DNA from: Candidatus Micrarchaeota archaeon
Lineage (GTDB): Archaea; Micrarchaeota; Micrarchaeia; Micrarchaeales; Micrarchaeaceae
Direction: 5' to 3'
Assembly (NCBI GenBank): GCA_027345565.1
Contig: DAHWIF010000005.1
Span: 6,058 to 70,057, forward strand
Length of the DNA stretch: 64,000 nucleotides
Shown here: positions 42,105 through 51,499 of the stretch, in pieces
How the letters are laid out: each line of letters starts with the position of its first letter
Position numbering within the stretch: position 1 is the stretch's first letter
The notes under the pieces: model-generated
Databases searched by the model: none
The model's input: the letters and a program-made list of their open reading frames with translations, nothing else
What the model was told of the DNA's origin: nothing
Made by a program: the position numbers and the translations under genes

Positions 42105-42989
42105 CCACTTCACTGTGCCGCACGCAAATATCCTCGGGGATTCCTTCCTCACCAAAAGGAACTTCTCGCCAGGCCGCATGGCGAGTTGCGCCGCCATGCT
42201 TATCTCGAAGTAGTCACCCTCCTTTGACATCTTGCATGCGCTTGACCTGAAGCCGCATACGAGCCAGAGCTCGCTGTAGCTAAGGTCCTTGTCCTTCACC
42301 AGTCCACTTATCGATATGTTGGCTTTGATCCGCTGCGTTCTCCTGATCTCCGCTCTGGATAGCAGATCTCCCTTGCTTATCTCGTCAGATTCGGCGCCCT
42401 TTATGGCTATGCCGACCCGAGTATTGGTTCCTGCTTCATTTATGTCCTGGTCCTGGCTCTGCAACGACCTGATCGTCACTCTCTTGCCGGAGCTGCAGAA
42501 AAGCTCATCATGTACCTTTACTACGCCACTCCTGACTACGCCAAGGAGCACGACGCCCACTCCTTTTACATCAAAGGAATGGTCCACCTCGACAATCGGG
42601 TCACCGGAGCTGTCAGCCTGCTGCGCGCCCAGATAGGAGAGCAACCGATCCTCTTCCACAACGGTGCTATGCAGCCCAGATTTCTGCATTATTGATGAAG
42701 CATCCTGGTCCGCAGTCAGTATCGCCTGTTTGCCGAGCAGCCCGCACCCGATAATGGATTCGCCGAAAAGCCTGTCTATGCTCTTGGTGCTGACTACGAT
42801 ATTGTCTGATATGGTCAGCACCTCGGCTACGGAGTTGAACTTCTTCTCCGCGTCGGTCGGGGTGAGTATCGCGAAAACGGATTCACCATCCTTCCTGTTG
42901 TAGAATGTTATGCCGTTTGACGAGCCTTTCTTGCCCAACCTGGCTGCGAGCTCCTGATCGTTCGGCACAGCCACAAGCACATGCTTCAT
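42078..42989 (-). CDS. EF-Tu/SelB-like protein with a degenerate G domain and EF-Tu domain 2
   Basis: VDHSFDVKGVGVVLLGVVRSGVVKVHDEL is typical of the EF-Tu domain-2 beta-barrel. The N-terminal domain lacks GxxxxGK(S/T). Confidence 0.55.
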   Translation of the reverse strand: MKHVLVAVPNDQELAARLGKKGSSNGITFYNRKDGESVFAILTPTDAEKKFNSVAEVLTISDNIVVSTKSIDRLFGESIIGCGLLGKQAILTADQDASSIMQKSGLHSTVVEEDRLLSYLGAQQADSSGDPIVEVDHSFDVKGVGVVLLGVVRSGVVKVHDELFCSSGKRVTIRSLQSQDQDINEAGTNTRVGIAIKGAESDEISKGDLLSRAEIRRTQRIKANISISGLVKDKDLSYSELWLVCGFRSSACKMSKEGDYFEISMAAQLAMRPGEKFLLVRKESPRIFACGTVKWLKLGEEAL

Positions 42990-42993
42990 GCTC

Positions 42994-43368
42994 TCACATT
43001 TCTACCTCAAAAAAGTTAAGCTTGCCCTTTGCGGGTATCGGCCTATCGAACCTTATAGGGTCTTTAATCATGAATCCGTATTTGGGATTGGCGTAATCGA
43101 TCGCAAGATGAAGCTCCCGGTCTTTCAGGAACGCCTCCCTGTCGTTGTATTTCTTGACGTCATATAGGAAAGCCCTGCCGATTATCGCGCCCCTCGCAAG
43201 CTTGTAAGGGTCCACGCCTGCTGCAATGCATGCTGCGATGTCGGGTTTCAGGCTTGCGTGCACAAGAAATTTCCCCCTGAACCTGGTGTTCCAGCTCCTC
43301 AGCTCTATCGTTTTCCTGCCTGAAATCAACAGGTCCGCGAACGGCTGCTTCATCGATAGGCACTTCAT
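42994..43368 (-). CDS. ASCH (PUA-like) domain protein
   Basis: MKQPFADLLISGRKTIELRSW..FLVHAS matches the N-terminal signature of ASCH domains. The protein is 124 aa. Confidence 0.7.
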   Translation of the reverse strand: MKCLSMKQPFADLLISGRKTIELRSWNTRFRGKFLVHASLKPDIAACIAAGVDPYKLARGAIIGRAFLYDVKKYNDREAFLKDRELHLAIDYANPKYGFMIKDPIRFDRPIPAKGKLNFFEVEM

Positions 43369-43376
43369 AGAAACAG

Positions 43377-43757
43377 TCAGCGCGATTTCATGCCGGGCAG
43401 CATCTCCATGCTCTGCTTTGCATCCAGCACCAGGGTTATACCCCTGTACTTCTTGACCATCTGGTTTATATGATCCTTGTAGAAGTGCATCGCATCCCTG
43501 TCGCCCTTCGCAGCCTCCCTCTTATACGTCTGGCAGAGGTCGCAGTTGTGCGCCCTCTTCTCCGAGCCGTCCCTCCTGTCGTATATCTTCAGTACCACCT
43601 TGTCAACACCATCCCTCACGCTAACACCTCCAGCAACAATAGAGTATAACGCAGTCAAGATATTTATGGGTTGCCCTTCATGCGTCTTTATAGGAAAAAC
43701 CAAATATGACGGTTGTCCATAAGGGCGCCCTGATTTCCGCATGCTCCCATGCCGCAA
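43377..43757 (-). CDS. Hypothetical protein
   Basis: This 126-aa ORF is co-oriented and tightly spaced with its neighbours. No motif was recognised, and the start is uncertain. Confidence 0.4.
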   Translation of the reverse strand: MRHGSMRKSGRPYGQPSYLVFPIKTHEGQPINILTALYSIVAGGVSVRDGVDKVVLKIYDRRDGSEKRAHNCDLCQTYKREAAKGDRDAMHFYKDHINQMVKKYRGITLVLDAKQSMEMLPGMKSR

Positions 43758-43766
43758 CCGACGATC

Positions 43767-44327
43767 CTATCTGCCGCTTGGCTGTATCGCCCTGATGCCT
43801 GGTTGTACCCTCTCCAATGCCGCGCCTGGCATGTTGAAATGCTCCATGATTCTGCTCTTTACATCGCTATCCGATATGCCAAGCACCATCCCCTTGATAA
43901 GCACTGCTACGAAGGCTTCATCGCTCGGAAGCGCCCTCTCGCGCACACGCCGAATCAGGAGGCTATAGGCAGGTTCGAGGCTGAGCCTCGGCAGCATAGC
44001 GAACTCCCTCTCAACTATGCCTGAGAAGTAAGAGACCTGCCTGGCCGTGCTCTCATCCCTGAGCTTCGTCAGCTCCTTGCCGAGCGATTCGAGCGCCTCC
44101 CCATACGTATAAATCCCGTTCATTGACGGTTCGTCCATCGCGCGTCTCACCAGGGATTCCAGGCGCGCGCGGTCTACATCCATGTTAGCCATGGATTCCA
44201 GCGTCATGTCCACCAACCTGAGAAGGCGGTCCACCCTGTAGTCAACAAAATCCTCGCTCCCCCTTGGCGCCCCGTTCCTGGTGGACCACGTCCATAGCTT
44301 TGAGCTATGCATGAAATTACACCGCAA
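43767..44327 (-). CDS. Hypothetical protein
   Basis: The ORF is 186 aa, and the likely start is MHSSKLWTW, slightly downstream. It appears helical and charged, with no motif recognised. Confidence 0.45.
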   Translation of the reverse strand: MRCNFMHSSKLWTWSTRNGAPRGSEDFVDYRVDRLLRLVDMTLESMANMDVDRARLESLVRRAMDEPSMNGIYTYGEALESLGKELTKLRDESTARQVSYFSGIVEREFAMLPRLSLEPAYSLLIRRVRERALPSDEAFVAVLIKGMVLGISDSDVKSRIMEHFNMPGAALERVQPGIRAIQPSGR

Positions 44328-44368
44328 ATGTGATATTTATAACCTTTCCAAGCTGCTTCTCATGGCAA

Positions 44369-44611
44369 TTAGCAGCATTCTGTGTATACGACATACATGG
44401 CGTTGCGTGTGTTTACAGCCATGACCAAATTGCGTGCTGTGGGGCTATGGGCTCTTGCGCGTTGTGCGATGCCTAGGAATGCATCGAGGAATACGCGGCC
44501 TTCCATCGTCACACTGCACGTGATCGGCCCGTGCTGCATTGCAACGGTCCTGAGCAGCTTCCCGTTCTCCGCTTCCTGCCATGCGTTTATGCCTCGCATG
44601 TCGTTGTCCAC
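44369..44611 (-). CDS. Hypothetical small protein (possibly the 3' half of a frameshifted gene)
   Basis: The 80-aa ORF has a GTG start and overlaps the upstream 84-aa ORF by 25 nt in another frame. Confidence 0.3.
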   Translation of the reverse strand: MDNDMRGINAWQEAENGKLLRTVAMQHGPITCSVTMEGRVFLDAFLGIAQRARAHSPTARNLVMAVNTRNAMYVVYTECC

Positions 44612-44841
44612 GCTGTCGACAGGTTGTACCTGTCCAGCCTGAGCATGCTCCTGTATTCGCTTGCGCTCGGTTGCATGAACATCAATCCGCTGGCGCGCTC
44701 GGTCGCCATGCGCAGCAGTTTTATGTCTTGCATGTCAAGGCTAAGAATTTTGACAGATTTGCTCTGCGCCCCTTCCGGCGCAACCTCCAGCATCATGCAG
44801 GTCATCAGTGCTTTGCGTCGCCCATCATCCGTCATAACCAA
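44587..44841 (-). CDS. Hypothetical small protein (possibly the 5' half of a frameshifted gene)
   Basis: This 84-aa ORF is on the same strand as, and overlaps, the 44369..44611 ORF. Confidence 0.3.
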   Translation of the reverse strand: MVMTDDGRRKALMTCMMLEVAPEGAQSKSVKILSLDMQDIKLLRMATERASGLMFMQPSASEYRSMLRLDRYNLSTAWTTTCEA

Positions 44842-44892
44842 GGCTTTTAAACCTATGCCGCACCTACGGTTCCTTTATAATCCAACGACGGC

Positions 44893-45969
44893 TCAGAATG
44901 GATTCCGCAGCCTGTACCTCGAGCCTCTCCACAATATTTCGCGCATTCTGGCGCCGACGACAAGATTAGTTATAAAGATGAAGTTGATGATGAGGCTTAT
45001 CGGAAGTAGCGCCAGGTATGGGCGCTTTGCACGGCTGTACATCTTGATGATGCCTATGGCAAACGGAAGAAGCAGTATCAGGTACCACAATGAGCGGAGC
45101 GAGAGGATTATCCCGGAGAGCAGCGTCAGCGCCTGCGCGAAGTAGAACAGAAGCCCATAGCGAAGTACCTTTCTGTTCCCGAGTATCGACAATGCGGTCT
45201 GCCTGTTGGACCACTCCCAGAACGCCTGAAAGTTGTCATCGGCATTCACGGTTATTGAATGGCTGTTGACATACGTGATCCCCAATCCCTTCTCCTTTGC
45301 GAAGTGTGCTACCGCAATATCATCAGACAGCGCTCTCTGGAAGAGCTTGAAGTCGCTGCTGTCGATAAGGCTTTTCCTGAATGCCATCGAGCCTCCCCAG
45401 ACGAACCTCGTGACCGTGGATTCCATCATGCCGTTGCCAACGAAGCCCCATGCCATCTTGACCTTCGACCAGAAGCCCCTTACCGGGTTGAAGTACGGAT
45501 AGGTGGTCGCGACGCCCACCTTCCTGTCCGACAGCGGCGCCACAAGCCGCGACACGTGGTCTCTAGCGCATTGCACATCAGAATCTATCACCACATAGAT
45601 GTCGAAGTCTCTGAACCTCCTCATTGCCGTTATAATCGCCGTTACCTTGCCGCTGCCGCCCTCGTGCCTCTTTGCAGCTACTATGCAGTTTATGCGTGCT
45701 CTCCTTATCGCTCCGATTGCCTGGTCATCAGCGCTGTCGACCACAGCGATTATCTGCATATTTCTGTAGTTCTGCCTCTTGACCGAGAGCAGGTTCTGCT
45801 CTAAGGTCACATCGCGCCCTTTGCACGGGATTATGACAAGCACTCTTCCTCTCGGGCCTTTCGTGTACCTCTCGCCGCTTCCGGCAAGAACCCCAATAAG
45901 GTTCAACAACATAAGCCCGAGCCATGCAAGCGAAATAAGAATAATCAGGATTGAAAAGAGGAGACCCAT
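44893..45969 (-). CDS. Membrane-bound family 2 glycosyltransferase
   Basis: The protein has VLVIIPCKGRDVTLEQNLLSVKRQNY, AVVDSADD (DxD-like) and GGSMAFRK, with N- and C-terminal TM helices. Confidence 0.8.
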   Translation of the reverse strand: MGLLFSILIILISLAWLGLMLLNLIGVLAGSGERYTKGPRGRVLVIIPCKGRDVTLEQNLLSVKRQNYRNMQIIAVVDSADDQAIGAIRRARINCIVAAKRHEGGSGKVTAIITAMRRFRDFDIYVVIDSDVQCARDHVSRLVAPLSDRKVGVATTYPYFNPVRGFWSKVKMAWGFVGNGMMESTVTRFVWGGSMAFRKSLIDSSDFKLFQRALSDDIAVAHFAKEKGLGITYVNSHSITVNADDNFQAFWEWSNRQTALSILGNRKVLRYGLLFYFAQALTLLSGIILSLRSLWYLILLLPFAIGIIKMYSRAKRPYLALLPISLIINFIFITNLVVGARMREILWRGSRYRLRNPF

Positions 45970-45977
45970 CCGAGCAC

Positions 45978-48500
45978 CTACCCGTTTACGGCAAGGAACC
46001 TTATGTTTGCATCTATCCTCTCGGCGGCCTTTTTCGCCTCTAGATCTATATCCTTCCTCAGATTGTGCTTCCTGCCGAAAAATTCCGCAATCCTCTCCCT
46101 AGAAGAAGGATCCTTGGCCGCACCGAACGGGCTCACGCACCTCACCAGCATGTGCGTGCTTGGCGAATATAACTGCATCAGCCTCTTCCAGTTCCGCATC
46201 GCCCAATCCCTGTATATATCATCAGCCACCGGGTTTGACCCTGCGACAGCCAATACCCTCCACGAATCCTGCAACCTTATCTGCTTTGAGAGCGCAACGC
46301 TTAAGGCCTTGCGCACAAGCCCCCTGTCTCCGAGCATGCCGATGCTCGCGACAGCCCTGGACTGATCCTGCGGCGTTGTGCCATTCTTGTAGATCTCGAT
46401 GAACCTTGAGAGCAGCCTTTCGCTCGGGTTGTTGAAAGCAACCGTAGCGTAAACTGCAGCCTTTATGTCATCGTCGATGCTCCTGCCTTTTGCAGAGGCA
46501 TCGAAAAGCGCTGAGGCTTTCGATACGGTATCCTGGTCTTTGAGCATGCCTAGTGCCGATATCGCGCTGCTGCGCAGTATAGCGTCTGTAGGGTCCTCTC
46601 CCTTCTGCCTCCTCCAACCCAGCCTGCCAAGTACGGATTTGTGGAAAGCCAGGCTTGCCTCCCTGGCGCGTCCCTCCCATTTCCTTCCTTTGGACATGGT
46701 TGCTATCCAGTTCAGGTGCCCAGAGACGCTAATGCATAGCGGATAATCCGAATCCATCAGGTAACTATCCACGAAATCGAGGTATGTGGAGACTTCGGAG
46801 CTGCCTGACCTAATGGCCGCAAACAGGTCGTTCTCTATTCCCCACCCCTCCAGCACGCCCAATTTCTTATCTTTGACCATCCTTCCCAGACTGTCGAGCA
46901 TAAAGCCCTCGTATGCTACACGGTAGAAGCCTGACTGTCCATAGTTGAGCTTTATCCATTTGCCCTTTATCGGTATCCTAGCCCTGGCATCCGAGAAGAG
47001 GAAGCTTCCTGGGCCGTCTTCAGTTATGTAACTTATCGGTATTATCCACGGCTTTTCGTGAATATTCCCAGATATAGTGAAGCGCTCCTGCGAGATGTCA
47101 GCGTATCCACCGTCTATCTTGATATGCACCACAGGATAACCTGGCCTCTCGAGCCAGCCGCTCATCATCTCCTTTATCGGCATGCGCTTGCCCTCTGCCA
47201 TCGCCTGCTTCTGTATTGCGTTCCAGAGATCGGCCCTGGTTGCATTCGAGTAGGAATGCTTTTTCAGGTAGTTGCGCAGGCCTCTTCTGAATGTCAATTC
47301 GCCCACATACTCCTTGAGCATCAGCAGCATGCTGCCTCCCTTTTCATAGCCTATGTCGTCGAACATCTTCTCTATTTCTGATACGGTAGCCACCTCCATG
47401 CTTATCGGATGCGTATTCCTCATGCCATCTGCGGACAGCGCTGTGCCTATTGTGTCGTACCTGTAGCCTAACATCGTCTTCCACTCCTTGAACTGCCTGT
47501 CGACCGCCAGTGAGGCCATAAGGGTGGCGAAGCTCTCGTTCAGCCACATATCATCCCACCATCCCATCGTAACAAGGTCGCCGAACCACTGGTGTGCGAA
47601 CTCGTGCGCTATCACATTTGCTATGTATTCCTTCGTTGCTATGCCGGCTTTCTTATCGTTGCAAAGGAGCGTACCTTCCCTGAATGTGACCGCCCCCCAG
47701 TTCTCCATGGCGCCCGCCGCGAAGTCCGGTATGGCTATCACGTCCATCTTCGGCATCTTGTACTTCACCATGAAATAGGACTGCAGGTCGGCTATGAACC
47801 TCTTGCTGTATTCCAGCGGGAGCTTTGTCAGAGCGCGCTTTCCAGGCACGGTTATGACGCTGACCCTCAGTTTATCCAAACTGCTTGATACGCGCTCGAA
47901 AGGCCCTACTCCGATGTAGAGCAGGTATGTCGACATTTTCGGCGTGGTGTGGAAGGTTACCAGCTTCTTGCCTGCGCCGATCTTCTTCGTGCTCTTGACC
48001 GGCATGTTCGATATCGCGTCCATGTGATTGTCTATCACAAGCGAGAGGTCGAACGTAGCTTTGTACTCCGGTTCGTCTATACACGGCAGCGCCGCTCTAG
48101 CGTTTGGCGCTTCGAACTGCGTTGTAAGGATATAGCCCTCCTTACCCTTGTATGTGTATTTGCTCCTGTAGAAACCGTAGAGCCTATCGTTGTGCTCTCC
48201 CCGGTACAATATCACTATCGATATTGGGCCGCGCACGGGCCTGCGCAGCCTTATCGTCATCACCTCGTTTTTTGCGTCAAGCCTGAATGACGCTTCATAA
48301 TCAAGTCCCCCAGACCTTACCTTTACGCTCCTTATCTTAAGCTCCTTGGCGTTCAGCTTTATGGTCCTTGTGCGCCTAACCGCATTGGCCGTTATCACTA
48401 CCTCTCCATCGAACCTGAAACTCTTCATGTTCGGAGTTATCCTTATCCTATAGTTGAAAGGGATTACGCCGACTCCTATTGTAGCATGCCTGCGTATCAT
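45978..48500 (-). CDS. M1-family aminopeptidase (aminopeptidase N / tricorn-interacting factor F3-like)
   Basis: GAMENWG, HEFAHQWFGD (HExxH) and WLNESFA are present. The length is 840 aa. Confidence 0.9.
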   Translation of the reverse strand: MIRRHATIGVGVIPFNYRIRITPNMKSFRFDGEVVITANAVRRTRTIKLNAKELKIRSVKVRSGGLDYEASFRLDAKNEVMTIRLRRPVRGPISIVILYRGEHNDRLYGFYRSKYTYKGKEGYILTTQFEAPNARAALPCIDEPEYKATFDLSLVIDNHMDAISNMPVKSTKKIGAGKKLVTFHTTPKMSTYLLYIGVGPFERVSSSLDKLRVSVITVPGKRALTKLPLEYSKRFIADLQSYFMVKYKMPKMDVIAIPDFAAGAMENWGAVTFREGTLLCNDKKAGIATKEYIANVIAHEFAHQWFGDLVTMGWWDDMWLNESFATLMASLAVDRQFKEWKTMLGYRYDTIGTALSADGMRNTHPISMEVATVSEIEKMFDDIGYEKGGSMLLMLKEYVGELTFRRGLRNYLKKHSYSNATRADLWNAIQKQAMAEGKRMPIKEMMSGWLERPGYPVVHIKIDGGYADISQERFTISGNIHEKPWIIPISYITEDGPGSFLFSDARARIPIKGKWIKLNYGQSGFYRVAYEGFMLDSLGRMVKDKKLGVLEGWGIENDLFAAIRSGSSEVSTYLDFVDSYLMDSDYPLCISVSGHLNWIATMSKGRKWEGRAREASLAFHKSVLGRLGWRRQKGEDPTDAILRSSAISALGMLKDQDTVSKASALFDASAKGRSIDDDIKAAVYATVAFNNPSERLLSRFIEIYKNGTTPQDQSRAVASIGMLGDRGLVRKALSVALSKQIRLQDSWRVLAVAGSNPVADDIYRDWAMRNWKRLMQLYSPSTHMLVRCVSPFGAAKDPSSRERIAEFFGRKHNLRKDIDLEAKKAAERIDANIRFLAVNG

Positions 48501-49108
48501 GACACCACCACGTTCTCAGATATCTGCCTGTAGGATTCTAAGAACTCCTCTTTTCCAATCGAGTACCTTAGCTCTTCAGCGTATCCACTGTAATGCGCCC
48601 TCATCTCCCTGTATGACTGCTCTCTCGAGAAGCCCACCGAGCCTAGCATGGCTATCGATCTCGAGTTGAAGCTGAGCACATCAGCGTTGACCGTTCTGGT
48701 ATCTCTGTCCATGAAAGTGAAAGTCGAGAGCAGTATCACCGCCTCTTTCGCATAGCCTCTGCCCCAGTGCTCCTTTCCGAGCCAGTAGCCTATGCTGCAG
48801 CTTTTCGCCTCTGCGTCGCGGCCGATGATGCCGGCAGCGCCTATCAGCCTGCCTGAACCTGCTAGATGTATGCCGAAGTGGCATCCTGTTCCATCGCTAG
48901 CTGCCTTTTTCGTGCTGCTTATGAACGCTCGCGCATCATCTAAGCCGTAAGGATACGGGAAAGCGCCCGCCGACGCTACATTGTACGCGATCTCGTAATC
49001 GTTCGCGTTCCTGGCTATGTCATCGGCGTCGTTTTCGGAAACGCTCTCAAGGTAGACCCTGAACTTGTCGTATAGTATTCTTATCGTCTCACCACACGCA
49101 CCACACAA
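48497..49108 (-). CDS. GNAT family N-acetyltransferase (RimJ/RimL-like)
   Basis: IGYWLGKEHWGRGYAKEAV matches the acetyl-CoA-binding motif A region. The gene overlaps the aminopeptidase start by 4 nt. Confidence 0.75.
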   Translation of the reverse strand: MCGACGETIRILYDKFRVYLESVSENDADDIARNANDYEIAYNVASAGAFPYPYGLDDARAFISSTKKAASDGTGCHFGIHLAGSGRLIGAAGIIGRDAEAKSCSIGYWLGKEHWGRGYAKEAVILLSTFTFMDRDTRTVNADVLSFNSRSIAMLGSVGFSREQSYREMRAHYSGYAEELRYSIGKEEFLESYRQISENVVVS

Positions 49109-49156
49109 TATATAGATTTTGCATCCAAATCTGTTTATAGCTTGTGCTGTGGTCAG

Positions 49157-50032
49157 ATGGGCGTACTTAACACAATGCCGCCTTACAATCTGTTCGGCCT
49201 AGAGGAGCAGGACTACAAGAAAGCAAAAGTAGTCGTTTTTCCGGTGCCGTACGACTCTACCTCCACATACAAGGTGGGCTCGAGGGAAGGGCCGCATGCA
49301 ATAATAGAGGCGAGCAGGCCGATGGAGCTGTACAGCGAGGAGCTCGGCAGGCGGATAAGCGACATAGGTATTTACACCATGGAGGAGATGGCGCCAGATT
49401 TCGATTCACCTAAGGGGATGGTAAATCGGATATCTAAGGAGGTATCGCTTGTGCTGGAGGACTCGAAAGTGCCGCTGCTTATAGGCGGGGAGCACACCAT
49501 AGCGATAGGAGCAGTGAAGGCTATCGCAGGCAGGTACAAGGACTTCAGCGTGCTGCACCTCGATGCTCACGCCGATTCCTACGACGAGTTCAACAACAGC
49601 AGGTACTGCCATGCTTGTGTGATGGCGCGCATAAGGGAGATGTGCAAGAGCTGCTACAGCGTAGGCGTCAGGAGCATAGACGAGAGGAGCGCGAAGAGGC
49701 GCAACGACATTCTCTACATGAAGGATGCGAGGAAGCTCACAGCAAGGCAGATCGCGGAAAAGATACTTAGGAATACAGGTAGAAGCCTGTACGTGACCAT
49801 AGACCTTGACGTGCTCGACCCGGCGGAGATGCCTAGCACCGGCACGCCTGAGCCCGGAGGCTTCAGCTACAGCACCCTGAAGGACGTACTGGAAATTGTC
49901 CTGAAGCGGAGGAAGCTCATCGGAATGGACGTCAGCGAGCTCTGCCCCATACCGAACATGGTGGCGCCCAACTACCTCGCGGCAAAGCTTATATACAATG
50001 CATTGGGATATGCATTCTCCAAGAGGGCATGA
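49157..50032 (+). CDS. speB: Agmatinase (arginase/ureohydrolase family)
   Basis: GGEHTIAIG, HLDAHADS and VTIDLDVLDPAEMPSTGTPEPGG carry the Mn-binding His/Asp motifs. The ATG at 49157 is preferred over the TTG at 49142. Confidence 0.85.
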   Translation: MGVLNTMPPYNLFGLEEQDYKKAKVVVFPVPYDSTSTYKVGSREGPHAIIEASRPMELYSEELGRRISDIGIYTMEEMAPDFDSPKGMVNRISKEVSLVLEDSKVPLLIGGEHTIAIGAVKAIAGRYKDFSVLHLDAHADSYDEFNNSRYCHACVMARIREMCKSCYSVGVRSIDERSAKRRNDILYMKDARKLTARQIAEKILRNTGRSLYVTIDLDVLDPAEMPSTGTPEPGGFSYSTLKDVLEIVLKRRKLIGMDVSELCPIPNMVAPNYLAAKLIYNALGYAFSKRA

Positions 50033-50041
50033 GGCGCGCGC

Positions 50042-50716
50042 ATGAGACCCAGGATAAGCGTTGTGCTTCCAACGAAAGAGGAGGAGGGCGCGTTCTCCAC
50101 GATAGCCAGCCTCAAGCGCATGTTCCCCTCTGGGCTGGAGATAATAGTAATTGACAAGAGCGGCAGGGAGTTCTTTGGCAGGATAAAAAAGACGGGCGTG
50201 AGGGTGTTCAGGCAGCGCAGCAACGGCGTCGAGAATGCGATGATAGAGGGGTTGAGGAAGTCGCGCGGCAGCGTGATAGCGAGCGTGGACGCGGACGGCA
50301 CGCACGAGCTGTCTGGGGTCGAGCGCGGGATGAGGCTGATAGAGGCCGGGCGAGCGGACCTCGTGCTAGGCAACCGGATGGGAGGCCTGGAGCAGGGCTC
50401 CATGAGCGGCTACCTGCGCTTCGGGAACGCCGTATTGTCGTGGATATTCAACCTGCTGTACGGGCAGAGCATCCATGACGTACTCACCGGCATGCTCATA
50501 ATGGACAGGAAGGCGCTGGATGCCGTTAAGGGAATAAACCCTGAAGGCAACCCGATCGCATTCTTCCAGGTGCAGATCGCCAAGCGGGGCTTCAGGCTCG
50601 GCGAGGTGCGCATAAAGTACAGCAAAAGGAGGTACGGCAAGTCCAGGCTCGCTAAGTCAAAGTTCCTCTACGGTATAAGCACCGCGCTGTATATGGTGAG
50701 GGAGAGGCTAATCTAG
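50042..50716 (+). CDS. Family 2 glycosyltransferase (dolichyl-phosphate sugar synthase-like)
   Basis: ISVVLPTKEEEG and SVDADGTHE (DxD) are present. The soluble 224-aa catalytic domain is typical of the Dpm1/AglD type. Confidence 0.8.
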   Translation: MRPRISVVLPTKEEEGAFSTIASLKRMFPSGLEIIVIDKSGREFFGRIKKTGVRVFRQRSNGVENAMIEGLRKSRGSVIASVDADGTHELSGVERGMRLIEAGRADLVLGNRMGGLEQGSMSGYLRFGNAVLSWIFNLLYGQSIHDVLTGMLIMDRKALDAVKGINPEGNPIAFFQVQIAKRGFRLGEVRIKYSKRRYGKSRLAKSKFLYGISTALYMVRERLI

Positions 50717-50785
50717 CCATCCCGTACAAAAGGTTTTTATACCTTAAGATACTTTTTATATTGAAATAGACAAAAAGTGTCGTAA

Positions 50786-51499
50786 ATGGAACAAAAAGTA
50801 TCCAGCTACCGAGAGCTTCCGGAGCTCTTCACGATGTCCAGCCTATCCGGCGCCCTCCATATCAACAGACGGAGACTGAGCCGTATGCTGGAATCGTGGG
50901 TGGAAGAGGGAGTTGTCGTCAGGCTCAGGAAGGGCACATACGCAAAGAGCGATGCGAACCAGTTCAGGATAGCAGCGGGGCTGTACAACGGCTATATTGG
51001 TTTCTCATCCGCACTGTACCTCTACGGGCTCAAAACGGAGCTGGAGCGCATCGTGTACGTGTGCGTCTCCACTAGGGAGAAAACGTGCTACTTCAAAGGC
51101 GTAAAACTCCAGCCTATCGAGATCCAGAAGCAGCTTTACGGCACAGAGCTGCATGACGGCACGCTCGTGTCTACGTACCCGAAAACTATATTCGATATGT
51201 TCCTGAAGCCCAAACATGCGAGCATGTTCGATGTCTACCGGGCCATTAATACACGACCTTTTGATAACCGGGAATGGATGGAGCTGATATACTATGCGAA
51301 AGATTCTAACCTGTCAACTATGCGAAGAATCGGGTTTGCCCTTGACGGAATAGCACCCGCGTGGTTCACCGCAGAGCTGCTCTCCTTGGCCAAAGGGAGC
51401 GGGAAATCTTTCTTCGGCTCCAAGAAGACAGCCAATTTCAATTCGAAATGGCGCATATACGACAACATAGGTGTAAGAAGGTGGGTAAATGCCATATGA
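50786..51499 (+). CDS. AbiEi-like wHTH regulator/antitoxin
   Basis: ELFTMSSLSGALHINRRRLSRMLESWVEEGVVVRLRKGTYAKS fits the AbiEi wHTH pattern. The gene overlaps the downstream NTase gene by 11 nt. Confidence 0.6.
   Translation: MEQKVSSYRELPELFTMSSLSGALHINRRRLSRMLESWVEEGVVVRLRKGTYAKSDANQFRIAAGLYNGYIGFSSALYLYGLKTELERIVYVCVSTREKTCYFKGVKLQPIEIQKQLYGTELHDGTLVSTYPKTIFDMFLKPKHASMFDVYRAINTRPFDNREWMELIYYAKDSNLSTMRRIGFALDGIAPAWFTAELLSLAKGSGKSFFGSKKTANFNSKWRIYDNIGVRRWVNAI

Noticed and set aside
44531-45145. 204-aa plus-strand ORF
   Set aside because: Most of it is antisense to the GT2 glycosyltransferase and the small minus-strand ORFs. No motifs were recognised and the composition is odd.
49406-50403. 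Minus-strand ORFs of 299 and 143 aa
   Set aside because: They are antisense to the agmatinase and GT2 genes, both of which carry clear catalytic motifs. The antisense products are Arg/His/Leu-rich with no motifs.
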